From assembly GCF_963921235.1 (NCBI RefSeq), contig NC_086107.1:113028001-113092000 (forward strand): a stretch of 64,000 bases of DNA, given 5' to 3'. Shown here piece by piece: positions 39,195-50,980 of the stretch (position 1 is the stretch's first letter; each line of letters opens with the position of its first letter). Made by a program: the position numbers and the translations under genes. Under the pieces are notes generated by a model that ran no database searches, was not told the DNA's origin, and saw only the letters and a program-made list of their open reading frames with translations. The DNA is from Mobula hypostoma. Taxonomy: Eukaryota.

Positions 39195-41321
39195 CTGAAA
39201 TCAACAGGAAGAGAGCACGATTAAAAACCGAGGTAAATAACACGAAAAAGAATGACAAACCATAAGATATAGCAGAATGTGGTCATTCAGCCCATCATGT
39301 CTGCTCCGCCATTCCATCATGGCTGATTTATTAATCTTCTCAACCTCATTCTCCTGCCTTCTCCCCGTAACCTTTGACGCCCTGACTAACCAACCTCCAT
39401 TTTAAATACACCCTATCATTTGGCCTCCAAAACCATCAGTGGCAATAAACTCCGCCATCCCCTTGCAAAAGAAGTTCCTCCTCATCTCTGCTCTGGAGGG
39501 ATGTCCATGTATCCTGAGTCAGCACCACCTGAACTTACGGGTCAGACAAGTGACTACAACTCTGGAGAACTCACAGCGTATTAGCCCTGTTGCTCTTGTC
39601 ACTGAGTCACAAAGACCAGGGTTCAAGTCCAGCTCCAAGGACGTCCAAGTCCGCACTGGGTGAGCACTGCGTTGTTGTGGGAGCAGCTTTTCAGAACAGG
39701 GACATTAAAACCAGAATAGCTGGCGACTTAACTAAAATTAGTCCCATGTTGGAGACGGTTTGGAAGGGGACACCCAAGATTAAAAAGTGTTCAGAGTGGG
39801 ACTCGGAAGCACTTCTTCACACAAGGAGCAATGGCCATTTGAACACTCTTAAAACAGCTGCAAAGCCAGAAACTGAAAATTTAAAAAGCAAGACTGAGAG
39901 TGGTGAGCGAGAACAGCAAAGCGTTTAGAACCATGGAAGACAAAATAATATAGTTTATTTATAAAACCCAAAACAGGCTTGCCCAGTCCTTTGAGCCTTG
40001 GCATCCAGCAACCCACCCATTTAACCCTAGCGTCTTTAAACTGTGGGAGGATACCGGAGCACCCAGGGGAAACCCACGCACACACGGGAAGGATAGAATG
40101 TCAGTGCAGGCTCGATGGGCTGAATGGCCTCACCTCTTTCTATTTCTTTCGGTCTTAAAGCAGGCCCGAGGGAAGAATATTTCTACCCAGAGGTTGGTGA
40201 GTGGAATGAGATGCCAGCGGAAGTGGTACATTAGGACAGATTTGCGAACAGGATAGGTTTTGAGGGATGTGGGCTACATGCAACTAAATAGGAGGCATCT
40301 GGGTTAGCATGGAAGGGTTGGGCCAAAGGGCCTGTTTCCATGCTGTATGACTCTCTGGGGTAAAGGGGCCCATAGGAAAGAGTGACCATGATACGACAGA
40401 ATTTTTTTTTTGGCGTGTGCCTGCGTGCGTGCAAGACTGTGTGTCTGCGTCTGCGTGCGCGTCTGTATAACCATATGACAATTACAGCACGGAAACAGGC
40501 CATCTCAGCCCTTCTAGTCCGTGCCGAACTCTTACTCTCTCCTAGTCCCACTGACCTGCACTCAGCCCATAACCTCCATTCCTTTCCTGTCCATATATCT
40601 ATCCAATTTAACTTTAAACAACAACATCGAACCTGCCTCAACCACTTCTGCTGGAAGCTCGTTCCACACAGCTACCACTCTCTGAGTAAAGAACTTCCCC
40701 CTCATGTTACCCCTAAATTGTGCGTGTCTGTACATCCGTGATGTCTTTTTACAAGGCGCGGAGCGGGAGAGAGACTGTGTGGCTCGCCACTCTTCACACA
40801 GACTTTTTCACAGTATTTTCCCCTTTATTTTACGAAGTCCAGTTGCGATCTCGACACTCAACCCGGCACGGATGGAGAGCGTACTCGGGAGCGGACCCGA
40901 CCAGTTTCGAACTCGGGAACCTCCGCTCCCGGGCCCGGCGCCGAGATCATTGCGCCACCACGATAGAATTTTATATTACACAATGTACTTCGAAGTTCAA
41001 GGTTCCGCTGCCTGCTTGGCATGTCTAGCCTCGCCCCGGCACGCTGCCCCATTGTTGGCAGTAATCGTTACTAATGAGATGTTTACAGTTTTCTTTGTTT
41101 TGTATCTTGCTGCTGCTACGTTGTTGCTGAACATCACCTACATTTCAACTAAATGATAAATTGGGAAGACACGTGGTGGACAAGCAATGGTGTGCGGTTA
41201 GAGAAATAAAGCATGGTTTGTACAACAAATGTACATTCCTTCAATGCACGGGCTCAACAAGAGTGTGGATCACAGGATAAATACCAGATATTATTCGGCC
41301 TGAGGAAAAGGCCGACAAGAT

Positions 41322-41498
41322 TCACAACACACTGGAGGAACTCAGCAGGTCGGGCAGCATCCGTGGAAAAGATCAGTCAACGTTTCGGGCCGGAACCCTT
41401 CGTCAGGACTGTAGAGGGAAGGGGCAGAGGCCCTACTGAGTTCCTCCAGCGTGTTGTGAGTGTTGCTTTGACCCCAGCATCTGTAGATTATTTTGTGT
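41322..41498. mobile_element. Fold-back Penelope pseudo-LTR element
   Basis: CTGGAGGAACTCAG near 41332 and its reverse complement CTGAGTTCCTCCAG near 41436; same architecture at 44885-45053, 54290-54485 and 55625-55853. Confidence 0.8.
41374..41411 (-). ncRNA. Minimal type I hammerhead ribozyme motif (Penelope-associated)
   Basis: Minus strand: CAGUC CUGACGA A GGG uuccgg CCC GAA ACGU U GACUG, i.e. helix I, conserved core, helix II, loopless palindromic helix III and a GUU cleavage triplet. Confidence 0.8.
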
Positions 41499-41991
41499 AG
41501 GCTGACAAGATTGCCCAATTCTAAATCAAACTCAATCGTTGGACTTCCTGGCAAAGGATTTAAAAAAAAAAGATAATTAAAGAGAAAAATAGAATTGGAA
41601 ACTATAGCAGTCTCAGGGTTGATTACTGCACGCACGCACACACACACTCTGATAGCAAACCCTTGAATCTTTTACATAAATCACTGACACTAAGGCTGAT
41701 TCTGAAACCCACGTGGGTCATGGGGAAAACGTACAAACTCTTTACAGACAGCGGCAGAAACTGAACCAGGGTCACTGGCACTACAAGAGCGTTATGTTAC
41801 CGTGCTGGAAAAGGAAAAGGCTAGCCTCAGTAACGATAGCCCATCTGGTTTCACTAGTATCTTCTCAGGGCAGAACCTCAACTTTTTCGCACAGTCCTGA
41901 CCCCATCTCCACCGAGATCCAGCCTAACCATCCCTGAGTGGCAACTGGACACTACCAGTCAATAAAGTAAATTTTTAAAAGTATGACTGAC

Positions 41992-42581
41992 CTGTAGGAG
42001 AGAGGTTTAGGGCTAGTGTTGTAGGCCGTGATGGCGGTGAAGGCACTTGGTCTTTCTCTGGGTGGATGTTATCACTTTTCTTGGGCCCTTTCCGTAAAAG
42101 ATTTAAAAACCACTGTCCAGTCTTCTTATGCTTGCTGCTCTCCTCCCTGATAGTCACCCCCTCAGAGACAGATCCCTCTGAATCCATCGCATGTGCAAAA
42201 TTACTTGCATGCATATTGATTATAGTGTTTTCCTGCCTCTTTAAGGAATTGGCCTTGGAGTCCGGCTTAGTGGTTCCCCTCGGAGACCCATGGGCCTCAG
42301 TGAAGTCTAAAGAGTCCTTGGACTTTTCCGAAGCATTGCTTCCCTTTTTCTTTTTCTGTCGTCTGATCAGTTTCTTGATGGCCGTTTTGAAGCCATGTTT
42401 TTTTTCCTCGGCCTGGCAGATTTCCTCATCGGATGTACCCCACCCGGTATCTTCCTCGGTCCCTTGGAAATGTTTCAGACTCCTCCGCTTCTCCTCGTCT
42501 TCTTGCTCCAAGGTCCCTTTCAAGAGTGACCTCTTGTGCTTGTGGACTTTTACGGAGATGGAGTCCTGGCTGTCGGGAGTC
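41992..42581 (-). CDS. BCL2L12: BCL2L12-like coding exon 2 (long charged, low-complexity region)
   Basis: Open frame (ORF 41975..42523 extended upstream); ACAG|gtcagt donor in phase 1. The acceptor is uncertain among phase-compatible AGs (exon start 42581, 42569 or 42620). Confidence 0.8.
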
Positions 42582-43078
42582 CTTCGGTCAAAATGGGAAA
42601 ATGTTAAGCGAATGTAGCGACTTAAATATTACACCATGCATCGTGTCAAAGGTTACAGGGAGAAGGCAGAAGAGCAGGGTTGAGAGAATAATATATCAGC
42701 CATGATTGAATGGTGGAGCAGACTCGATGGGCTGAATAGCCTAATTCTGCTCCTATGTCTCATAGTGCTAATGTCACAAGTCCATAAGATACAGGAGCAG
42801 AATTAGGCCATTTGGCCCATCAAGTCTGCTCTGCCATTTTATCATGGCTAATCCATTTTCCCTCTCAGTCCTAATCCCCTACCTTTTCCCCGTATCCTTT
42901 CATGCAATGACTAATCAAGAATCTACCAATCTCTGCCTTAAATATTCGTAAAGACTCGAGCTGTGCCAAAAAATTCTACAGATTCACCACTCTGGTCTTA
43001 GACTCCCCCACCATAGGAAACATCCTCTCCACATCCACTGTATCAAGGCCTTTCAACATTTGATAGGTTTCAATGAGG

Positions 43079-43311
43079 GGGGAAGGGAATGTCGACTCAG
43101 ACCTTCAGAGGCCTGCGTTGGGCATTTTCATGCCTTACAAGGCGCAGATTGGAAGTCTGTGTGGGGAGCCACTCCTTGCACAGACTAGAGCAATGTGTGA
43201 TTAAGTGCCTTGCTCAAGGGCACAAACACGCTGCCACAGCTGAGGCTCGAACCAGCGACCTTGAGATAACTAGACGAACGCCTTAACCACTTGGCCACGT
43301 GCCCAACACAA
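43079..43311 (-). mobile_element. tRNA-derived SINE (CORE-like body) inserted in a CR1 (42780-43500)
   Basis: A-box TGGCCAAGTGG and B-box GGTTCGAGCC; 11-bp TSD TTTCAATGAGG at 43068-43078 and 43312-43322. Confidence 0.85.
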
Positions 43312-44264
43312 TTTCAATGAGGTCACCCCTTATTCTTCTGTATTCCAGTGAAAACAGGCCCAGAGCTATCAAATGCTCTGCATATGACAAGCCATTTAAT
43401 CCTGGAATCATTTATGCAAACCTCCTCTGAATCCTCTCCACACCAGCACATCCCTTCTTAGATAAGGGGCACAAAACTGCTCCCAATACTCCAAGCGAGG
43501 CCTCAAACCTTGGCAGACTGGATCCTTTTGAACCCATCTTTCAGGGAAGGCATGTAAAACAAAAATGTAGCTTTTTCTAAACACGTCCTATTTCACAGAT
43601 CTGCTGGGCGAAGTATGAAAAGAACTTAAAATAAAAGGAGATGTTACTTGACACTTTATGGCTGCTCAGTCACTCAATAAAGCTATCTTCTAAACCAGCA
43701 CTATTTTCTTGTAACAATTACATATCCTACAATTCCCTTGCTATCTAATAATTTTGTAACGCACCTAAAACTGTTGACGTGGTGGTGGATTACGTAGCAT
43801 GGAATGCATTATCAGGAGAACAATAACTTCTACACGCCATTGGCCACTTTATTAGGTACACCTGCTCGTTAATGCAAGTATCTAATCAGCCAATCATGTG
43901 GCAGGAACTCAATGCATAAAAGCATGCAGACATGGTCAAGAGGTTCAGTTGTTGTTCAGACCAAACATCAGAATGGGGAAATAATGTGATTTAAGTGGCT
44001 TTGACCATTGAAGGATTGTTGGTGCCAGATGGGGTGGTTTGAGTATCTCAGCTGATCAAACTGCACAACAAAGTAGATGGGCTACAGCAACCGAAGACCA
44101 CAGTAGGTTCCACTCCTAATAAAGTGGTCAATGAATACATATACAACTTTAGATATTCCTTGCTCTACACTCTCGAATTGTACCCCTTTTTCCACCCCAC
44201 CTCTCTTGTCAACTGCCCCCAAACATCTTGCAAAAACAAGGGAAGACCGTGACAAGAGACTTAC

Positions 44265-44428
44265 TTGGCTTTGTACTTCTTTTCGTCGTGGTAGCAGCGC
44301 CCAATGTGGCCAACGGAGGCACCCTCCATCTGCGCTCTCTTCAGGAAGGCCTCCATGATACGCTTGGTCTCACTCTTCAGGACCATGAGGCTGCACGTCT
44401 CCTCCACGACACTTGCATTGTCTGCCAT
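44265..44428 (-). CDS. BCL2L12: BCL2L12-like coding exon 1 (MADNASVVEETCSLMVLKSETKRIMEAFLKR...); exon acceptor at 44452
   Basis: ttgttcttttccag| acceptor 24 nt upstream of the ATG; |gtaagt donor in phase 2; LKSETKRIMEAFLKR aligns with LREDTLRVLAAFLRR of mammalian BCL2L12. Confidence 0.85.
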
Positions 44429-46919
44429 CCTGAAGCTGAGCAGGCTTCCGTTCTGGAAAAGAACAATCACTGTGTCTTACACTCCCAACTAGCAAACATT
44501 TATAGAAAATGTCAAAGGCCACAAGAATTTGCAGAGAGTTGTGCACGCAGCCCAGTCCGTCGCAACAACCAGCCTCCCTTCCCGCTAGCTCCATCCACAC
44601 TTCCCACTTAGCCAGCCGGTGGCGTAGCGGCATCAGCTCTGAACTTCAGGGCATATGGTCCCAAGTTCGAATCCAGCCAGCTCCCTGCACGCGGTCCATC
44701 CATGCCGGGCAGCAACTCGGCATTGTAAAAAAGTCAAATGCTACAGAAATGGTAAAAGTGCTGTCCAATGTGCCACAAGGCACGAAAAGGATCAAAAACA
44801 CTTCCCACTGCCTCAGGAAAGCAGCCCGAGCATTCTCTCCCGTCCGGCAAAAGATACAAAAGGATTGAGAACACATATTTACCGGGAAACACCCACAAAA
44901 CGCTGGAGGAACTCAGCAGGCCAGGCAGCATCTAGGAAAAGAGTACAGTTGATGTTTCAGGCCGAAACTCTTTTCCTAGATGCCGCCTGGCCTGCTGAGT
45001 TCCTCCAGTGTTCCGCTCAGATTCCCAGCATCTGCAGATTTTCTCTTGTTTGTGCAAGGCTCCAGTACTTCATACTTTGAACTTTTTTACTGGGCTCATG
45101 GACTTCTTCATCAAGTTATGGTATTGTTGCCACTGTTGTAACTATATGTTATAATTATGCGGTTTTTGTTCGTTTTTCAGTCTTGGTCTGTCCTGTGTTT
45201 TTGTGATATCACACCGGAGGAATATTGTATCATTTCTTAATGCATGCATTACTAAATGACAATAAAAGAGGCCTGCGTGTCCTCATAATCTAATCTAATA
45301 CTTTATTGTTGCCAAACAATTGATACTAAAACGTACAATCATCACAGCGATATTTGATTCTGCGCTTCCCACTCCCTGGATTACAAATATTAAATATTAA
45401 AAATAGTAAAATTCAGTAAATATTAAAAATTTAAATTATAAATCATAAATAGAAAATAGAAAAATGGAAAGTAAGGTAGTACAAAAAAAAACCGAGAGGC
45501 AGGTCCGGATATTTGGAGGGTACGGCCCAGATCCGGGTCAGGATCCATTCAGCAGTCTTATCACAGTTGGAAAGAAGTTGTTCCCAAATCTGGCCGTACG
45601 AGTCTGTACGAGCTGTACAGTACAGCACAGCTTCTACCCTGCTCTTACAAGAGACTTGAATAAACTTCTTATGATAAAGAGAACTCTCGCTCTCTCAACT
45701 TACCTCATCTTGGTCTGTGCACTGTGTCTAGCTGCACGGCACATTCTCTGAATCTGAAACACGATATTCTGCATTTCTATTATCCTTTTGATATGCTTGT
45801 GCAATACAGATCATCCCACACAATAAAAATATACACAAAAATATTGTGTTTTGCACTGGACTGCCCCACCATCGGATTTCTGAACGGACCAACCCATGAG
45901 CATTGGCAGAGTGGAGGAGTTTTGGATCCTGTCTGCCTAAACCAGGAGCCTGGATCGATCCAAGAACCAGGCCGATTTGTAAAGTTTGTTTTCGGGCCAG
46001 AACGTGGTGGCCGGGAGAAGAAATATGATCTAAGACATTTTGACCATGGAATGATTGTTGGTGCCAGACGGGGTGGTTTGAGTATCTCAGAAACTGATCT
46101 TCTGGAATTTTCACGCATACAGTCTCGAACAAACGAGTTTCCCAGCAGATTGTATGCTACAACTGACTCTCCCCAGCGCCTTCTCTCTCAATCTCCTCTC
46201 GAACAACAAAAAAAAACCCGAAATCCAAACTTATTGTCCTTCACTAAGAAAACCTCTCGCTAATTGGACAGCACACATTCCACATCATCCCTTATCTTCA
46301 ACAATAACCCAAACAGGCTGAAAGCAGAACAGCAGCTCTGTAAGAGCTGCTAAATGAAATAACTACAGCATAACAATAAAGATGTGAACCAGGGGATTAC
46401 ACAAACAAAAACCCCCACAAAAACGCCTGTTATTGAAAGAGGTCAGTGGACAATGGCCAGATGGGTTCGAGCAGACAGGAAGACCACAGTAACTCAAATA
46501 ACCACATGTTACAACGGTGATGTGCAGAAACGTATCTCTGAATGTATAACACACAGAGCCTTGAAGTGGATGGGCTACAGCAGAAGACCACGGACAATGA
46601 GTGGCCACTTTATTAACTACAGGAGGTGGCTAATAGAGGGCAGGTGTATTTTATGTCCTGCTCTGTACAGCTGCTGCCAAATGACATTTCACAACACTTA
46701 TCAGTGATAATGAGGCTGATTCTAGTTTATAATTTACAGATTAGTCACAAAACAGAATGCTACAGGGTATAATTATACAAGAGGTTTATCAGCATTACGC
46801 TGAGTTACTTTTAATAAGCATTTTAAAAATTAGTGACTGAAGAGAAAGAAAACAGACGTGGAAGGAAACTAACTGAGTTAAATTCACTACAGAGTCCTCG
46901 AGTCCACCTGTGGCCAGAT

Positions 46920-47530
46920 GGTGGGACTGAGTTTAAGAGCCGAGAGGTAATGTTGCAGCTATATAGGACGCTGGTCAGACCCCACTTGGGAGTACTGTGC
47001 TCAGTTCTGGTTGCCTCACTATAGGAAGGCAGTGGAAACCATAGAAAGGGTGCAGAGGAGATTTAGAAGGATGTTGCCTGGATTGGGGAGCATTCCTTAT
47101 GAGAACAGGTTGAGTGAACACGGCCTTTTCTCCTTGGAGCGACAGAGGATGTGAGGTGACCTGATACAGGTGTACAAGATGATGAGAGGCATTGATCGTG
47201 TGGATAGTCAGAGGCTTTTTCCCAGGGCTAAAATGGTTAACATGATAGAGCACAGTTTTAAGGTGCTTGGAAGTACATACAGAGGAGATCTCAGGGGTAA
47301 GCTTTTAAAAAAAACCACAGAGCGTGATGAGTGCGTGGAATGGGCTGCTGGTGACGGTGGTGGAGGCGGATACGATAGGGTCTTTTAAGAGACTCCTGGA
47401 CGGGTACAGACAGCTCAGAAAAACAGAGGGCTATGGGTAACCCTAGATAATTTCTTATGTAAGGACATGTTCGGCACAGCTTTGTGGGCCGAAGGGCCTG
47501 TATTGTGCTGTAGGTTTTCCATGTTTCTAT
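46920..47530 (+). mobile_element. CR1 3' fragment
   Basis: LYRTLVRPHL motif; CR1 3' UTR and ..CATGTTTCTATG tail. Confidence 0.9.
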
Positions 47531-49372
47531 GAGACCTTGTGCTTTCAAGCTTATGTGGGGCATTAGAGGTGTGGTGTAGAAGGCAGAGAATTTGGGGTGG
47601 AAATAGCAAGGGAAATTGAAGTGACAGTTTAGGGTGGACCTAGCAGAGACATTATACAAAAATGGGAATCCCTGCCTCCGATTTCTCAAGTGCTTAACAA
47701 TATTTTAAGCACCGAAGTGATTATCAAGGGCCTGTTAGTAAATTATCTCCAACCTCAAGTTCAATTGTCGTTCAACCATATACGACTATCCAAGATTACA
47801 GACAAACAGTGTTACTCCGGGGCCAAGGTGCAAGATACAGTACCAACGGTCACACACAGCACAAAGCACATACATATAGCACACGTAAGATATCAACAAA
47901 GTGTAGCACACAAAAAAAAGTCCGAGATCCTGAGTCCACGAATACTGCAGCAGTCCGCAGTCGAACGTGATACGCCTTGTATTCTGCCGAGCAAACACTA
48001 GAGGGCAGCACCAGCTTCAGCTCTGCCTCTGGTGGACCACACCGACTCCAATGCCTCTCTCCGAGGCGTCTGTAAACAGGCAACACTGCGGCTTGAGGCC
48101 CAGTCCTCGCGAGGTCAGAAGCTACGCAGCTCCCCCGCCGCCCGCCAATAAATCAGGGAATTGGACTTGCAGCGTTCCACACTAACAACTTCCAACAGGG
48201 TCTTGTGATCACAAGGAAAGCGAGTAAGACGGTCACTCGCTGTTGGACTGCACACCACCTTCACACACTGATGCCTCTCCGACACAGGCAACAGCATGAT
48301 CCCCACCAAGTCCAGCTCCTTCAGTTTCACCATCAACAAGCAACTTGCTGATGGGAGAGATCTGCAGTACTTCAACTTCCTAATGTCTAGCAGGGTCTCA
48401 GGATCATAAAAGATGCGTTTAAAAAGGATAATAACACCTTTAGTTGACCTCATAGAAGCCGCTGTGATGAAATGCACCGGTGTCTTTCCAGAAGGTGATT
48501 ATCTATAGTCCAGCTTCGATCTCAAGTTATCAAACTCTTGAATGGACCCCTCGTAAGCCAAAGATGAATTTTCGATCTTCCTATCTACCTTGTCATGAAC
48601 ATTGCAGTTCACTTGTTTAGCTACACTACACTCTGAGACACTAAATTTGCAGTTTCTTTTAACTACTTCAATATACAGTCAATTCCGGTTAACTGGGCCA
48701 TCAGTTAATCAGTGTAGCCAATTACTTGGGAAGAACAGAAACAAATTGAGAAGATTACCAGGATTCGCTTCATTTATTTGAAACACGATGCTGCTTAATT
48801 GGGACAGGAGAATGTTGTCAAACAGGTTCTAACTGGCATCAGTTGCACGTACTTATGTAGCCATTAGATGCTACACCATGTTTAGAGCGAACAGATTTTC
48901 AATAGCATCAGCTGCGTGTGTTTATGTTCACTGATAGTTGGCAAGAAATAAACAATAAGAGAATTTAGAACTGTTTTGCTCACTGCAGTTTCAAGCATTG
49001 AGAACTGGAGACGCCAGAAATGGCCGGGAGTGAAAATGAAACAATTTCACTACTTCATTAAGTTAGGATCTACAAAGAATTTGAAAGTATCGATAATCAT
49101 CTTGAATGTTGCAATGAAAATGAAGATTTGGAGAACGCAATCATCGATAGCATTGTGTGCAGGCAGCCTATTATTTGCACTAGGTGCCTGATTTTGTTTA
49201 TTTACAGTCAAAGGAACACGGCAGCATACACTGAATGAATTCCTCCTTCAATAACTATTTGGAACTAGAGTTTTATAGTACTATAGTAGTATTATTAGCA
49301 TTCTAATTTATTTCATTTTCATACATAATTTGTCACTGTTTGTCTTTTTTTAAAAATATACCTTTCTAATTA

Positions 49373-50980
49373 CAGGTCTCACCCTGCTTTTCCAACGTTT
49401 GCTTTACGAAACCTCAATGTTACGAAAGACCTACATTAGTTACCTGTTTTCGCTAACAGAAGGTGTTTTCACTGTTACGAAAAAAGGCAGTGCGCGCCCC
49501 GAACAGCCAAGCTCCTCCCCCGGAACTGCATTCTAGCCGGCATCGCTTAAACACGTGTCTGTGAGCAGCCGTTAGCAAGATGAGTTCTAAGGTATCGGAA
49601 AAGCCTAAAAGAGCTCGTAATGGTGTTACACTTAGGGTAAAACTAGACATAATTAAGCGTTTCGATCGTGGTGAATGAACTAAGGACAAAGTGAGTTTGG
49701 CTTGTGGAAGTTGACAAAGATGATGTTGAAGAGGTTTTGGCATCCCATGACCAAGAACTGATAGGTGAAGAGCTGATGCAATTGGAAGAGGAAAGGATAA
49801 CAATCAAAACCGAATGCAGTAGCGAATGGACTGAAAGTGAAGTTGTCCAGGAACTGAACGTGAAGCAACTGCATGAGATTTACGCCATAATGATTGCAGA
49901 AAAGCACGACTTTAATTTTGAAAGGGTACGTAGGTTTAGGGCATATTTGCGGGATGGTTTGAGTCCTTACAAAGAACCGTATGATAGAAAAATGCGTGAG
50001 GCTAAGCAGTCAAGCATACTGTCGTTTTTCAAGCCTTCCACATCAGCCACAGCAGACGACGAACCTCGACCTTCAACATCGAGGCAGGCAGACATAGAAG
50101 ATGACCTGCCTGCCCTGACGGAAATAGACAATGAGATGACACCCCAGTGTCCCACCACCCCAATCCCCGGGCCGTGGACCGATACATTGCCGTGGAGAAT
50201 GCAGCAGTAGCTGGGATGCACCCAGCACATCTTTAATGCTGAAGTAAACAAGCCAATTAATTAGGTGCCACCCAGTATGTAACTGTCGGCCCAGATCAGA
50301 GGCGATTGCCGATTGCGTCGCCTCTGATCTGGGCCGACATTTACGTGCTGGGCAGCACCTAATTAATTAGCTTGTTTATTTTGGTTTTTTTCTTAAAGAT
50401 GTGCTGGGTGCATCCTGACTACCGCTGTACCCCTGCATGTGTCACGGATTGGTATTAGTTGGCGGACTGGAGGTTAGGGACCACTGCACCACCCCAACCT
50501 CCGACGACTCAGCCTATCACGCCATCATCAGTGTGCTCGGCACTGTCTTCCTAATTCTGGTAAGTGATACTACACTGTACATACATTATTTCTACTTTAT
50601 ATAGGCTGTGTATTTTTATGCGTTATTTGGTATGATTTGGCAGCTTCATAGCTTAAAGGTTACTGGAGAGAGTGTTTCTGCCCAGAGCGCTTGCGTGAGA
50701 TTTTCGCTACGGAGAACAGTGCGGCAACGATTGTAGAAAAGTATTTCTACTTTATATAGGCTGTGTATTTATCGTATCATTCCTGTTTTTACTATATGTT
50801 ACTGTTATTTTAAGTTTTATGTGTTATTTGGCATGATTGGATATGCTATTTTTTGGGTCTGCAAACGCTCACAAATTTTTCCCATATAAATAAATGGTAA
50901 TTGCTTCTCCGCTTTACGATATTCCGGCTTATGAACCGTTTCATAGGAACGCTCTACCTTCGGATGGCGGGGGAAACCTG
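49373..50980 (+). mobile_element. Internally deleted pogo/Tigger DNA transposon nested in an older Tc/mariner-type element (about 48670-51070)
   Basis: CAGGT...ACCTG termini after TA; N-terminal HTH relic from ATG 49580 (MSSKVSEKPKRARNGVTLRVKLDIIKRFDRGE*); C-terminal ORF 49704..50210; no DDE domain. Confidence 0.85.

Noticed and set aside
42066..42617. 183-aa plus-strand ORF
   Set aside because: Antisense shadow of BCL2L12 exon 2.
43225..43305. tRNA-like sequence with A and B boxes
   Set aside because: It is the head of a TSD-flanked SINE, and the acceptor and anticodon stems do not form a proper cloverleaf.
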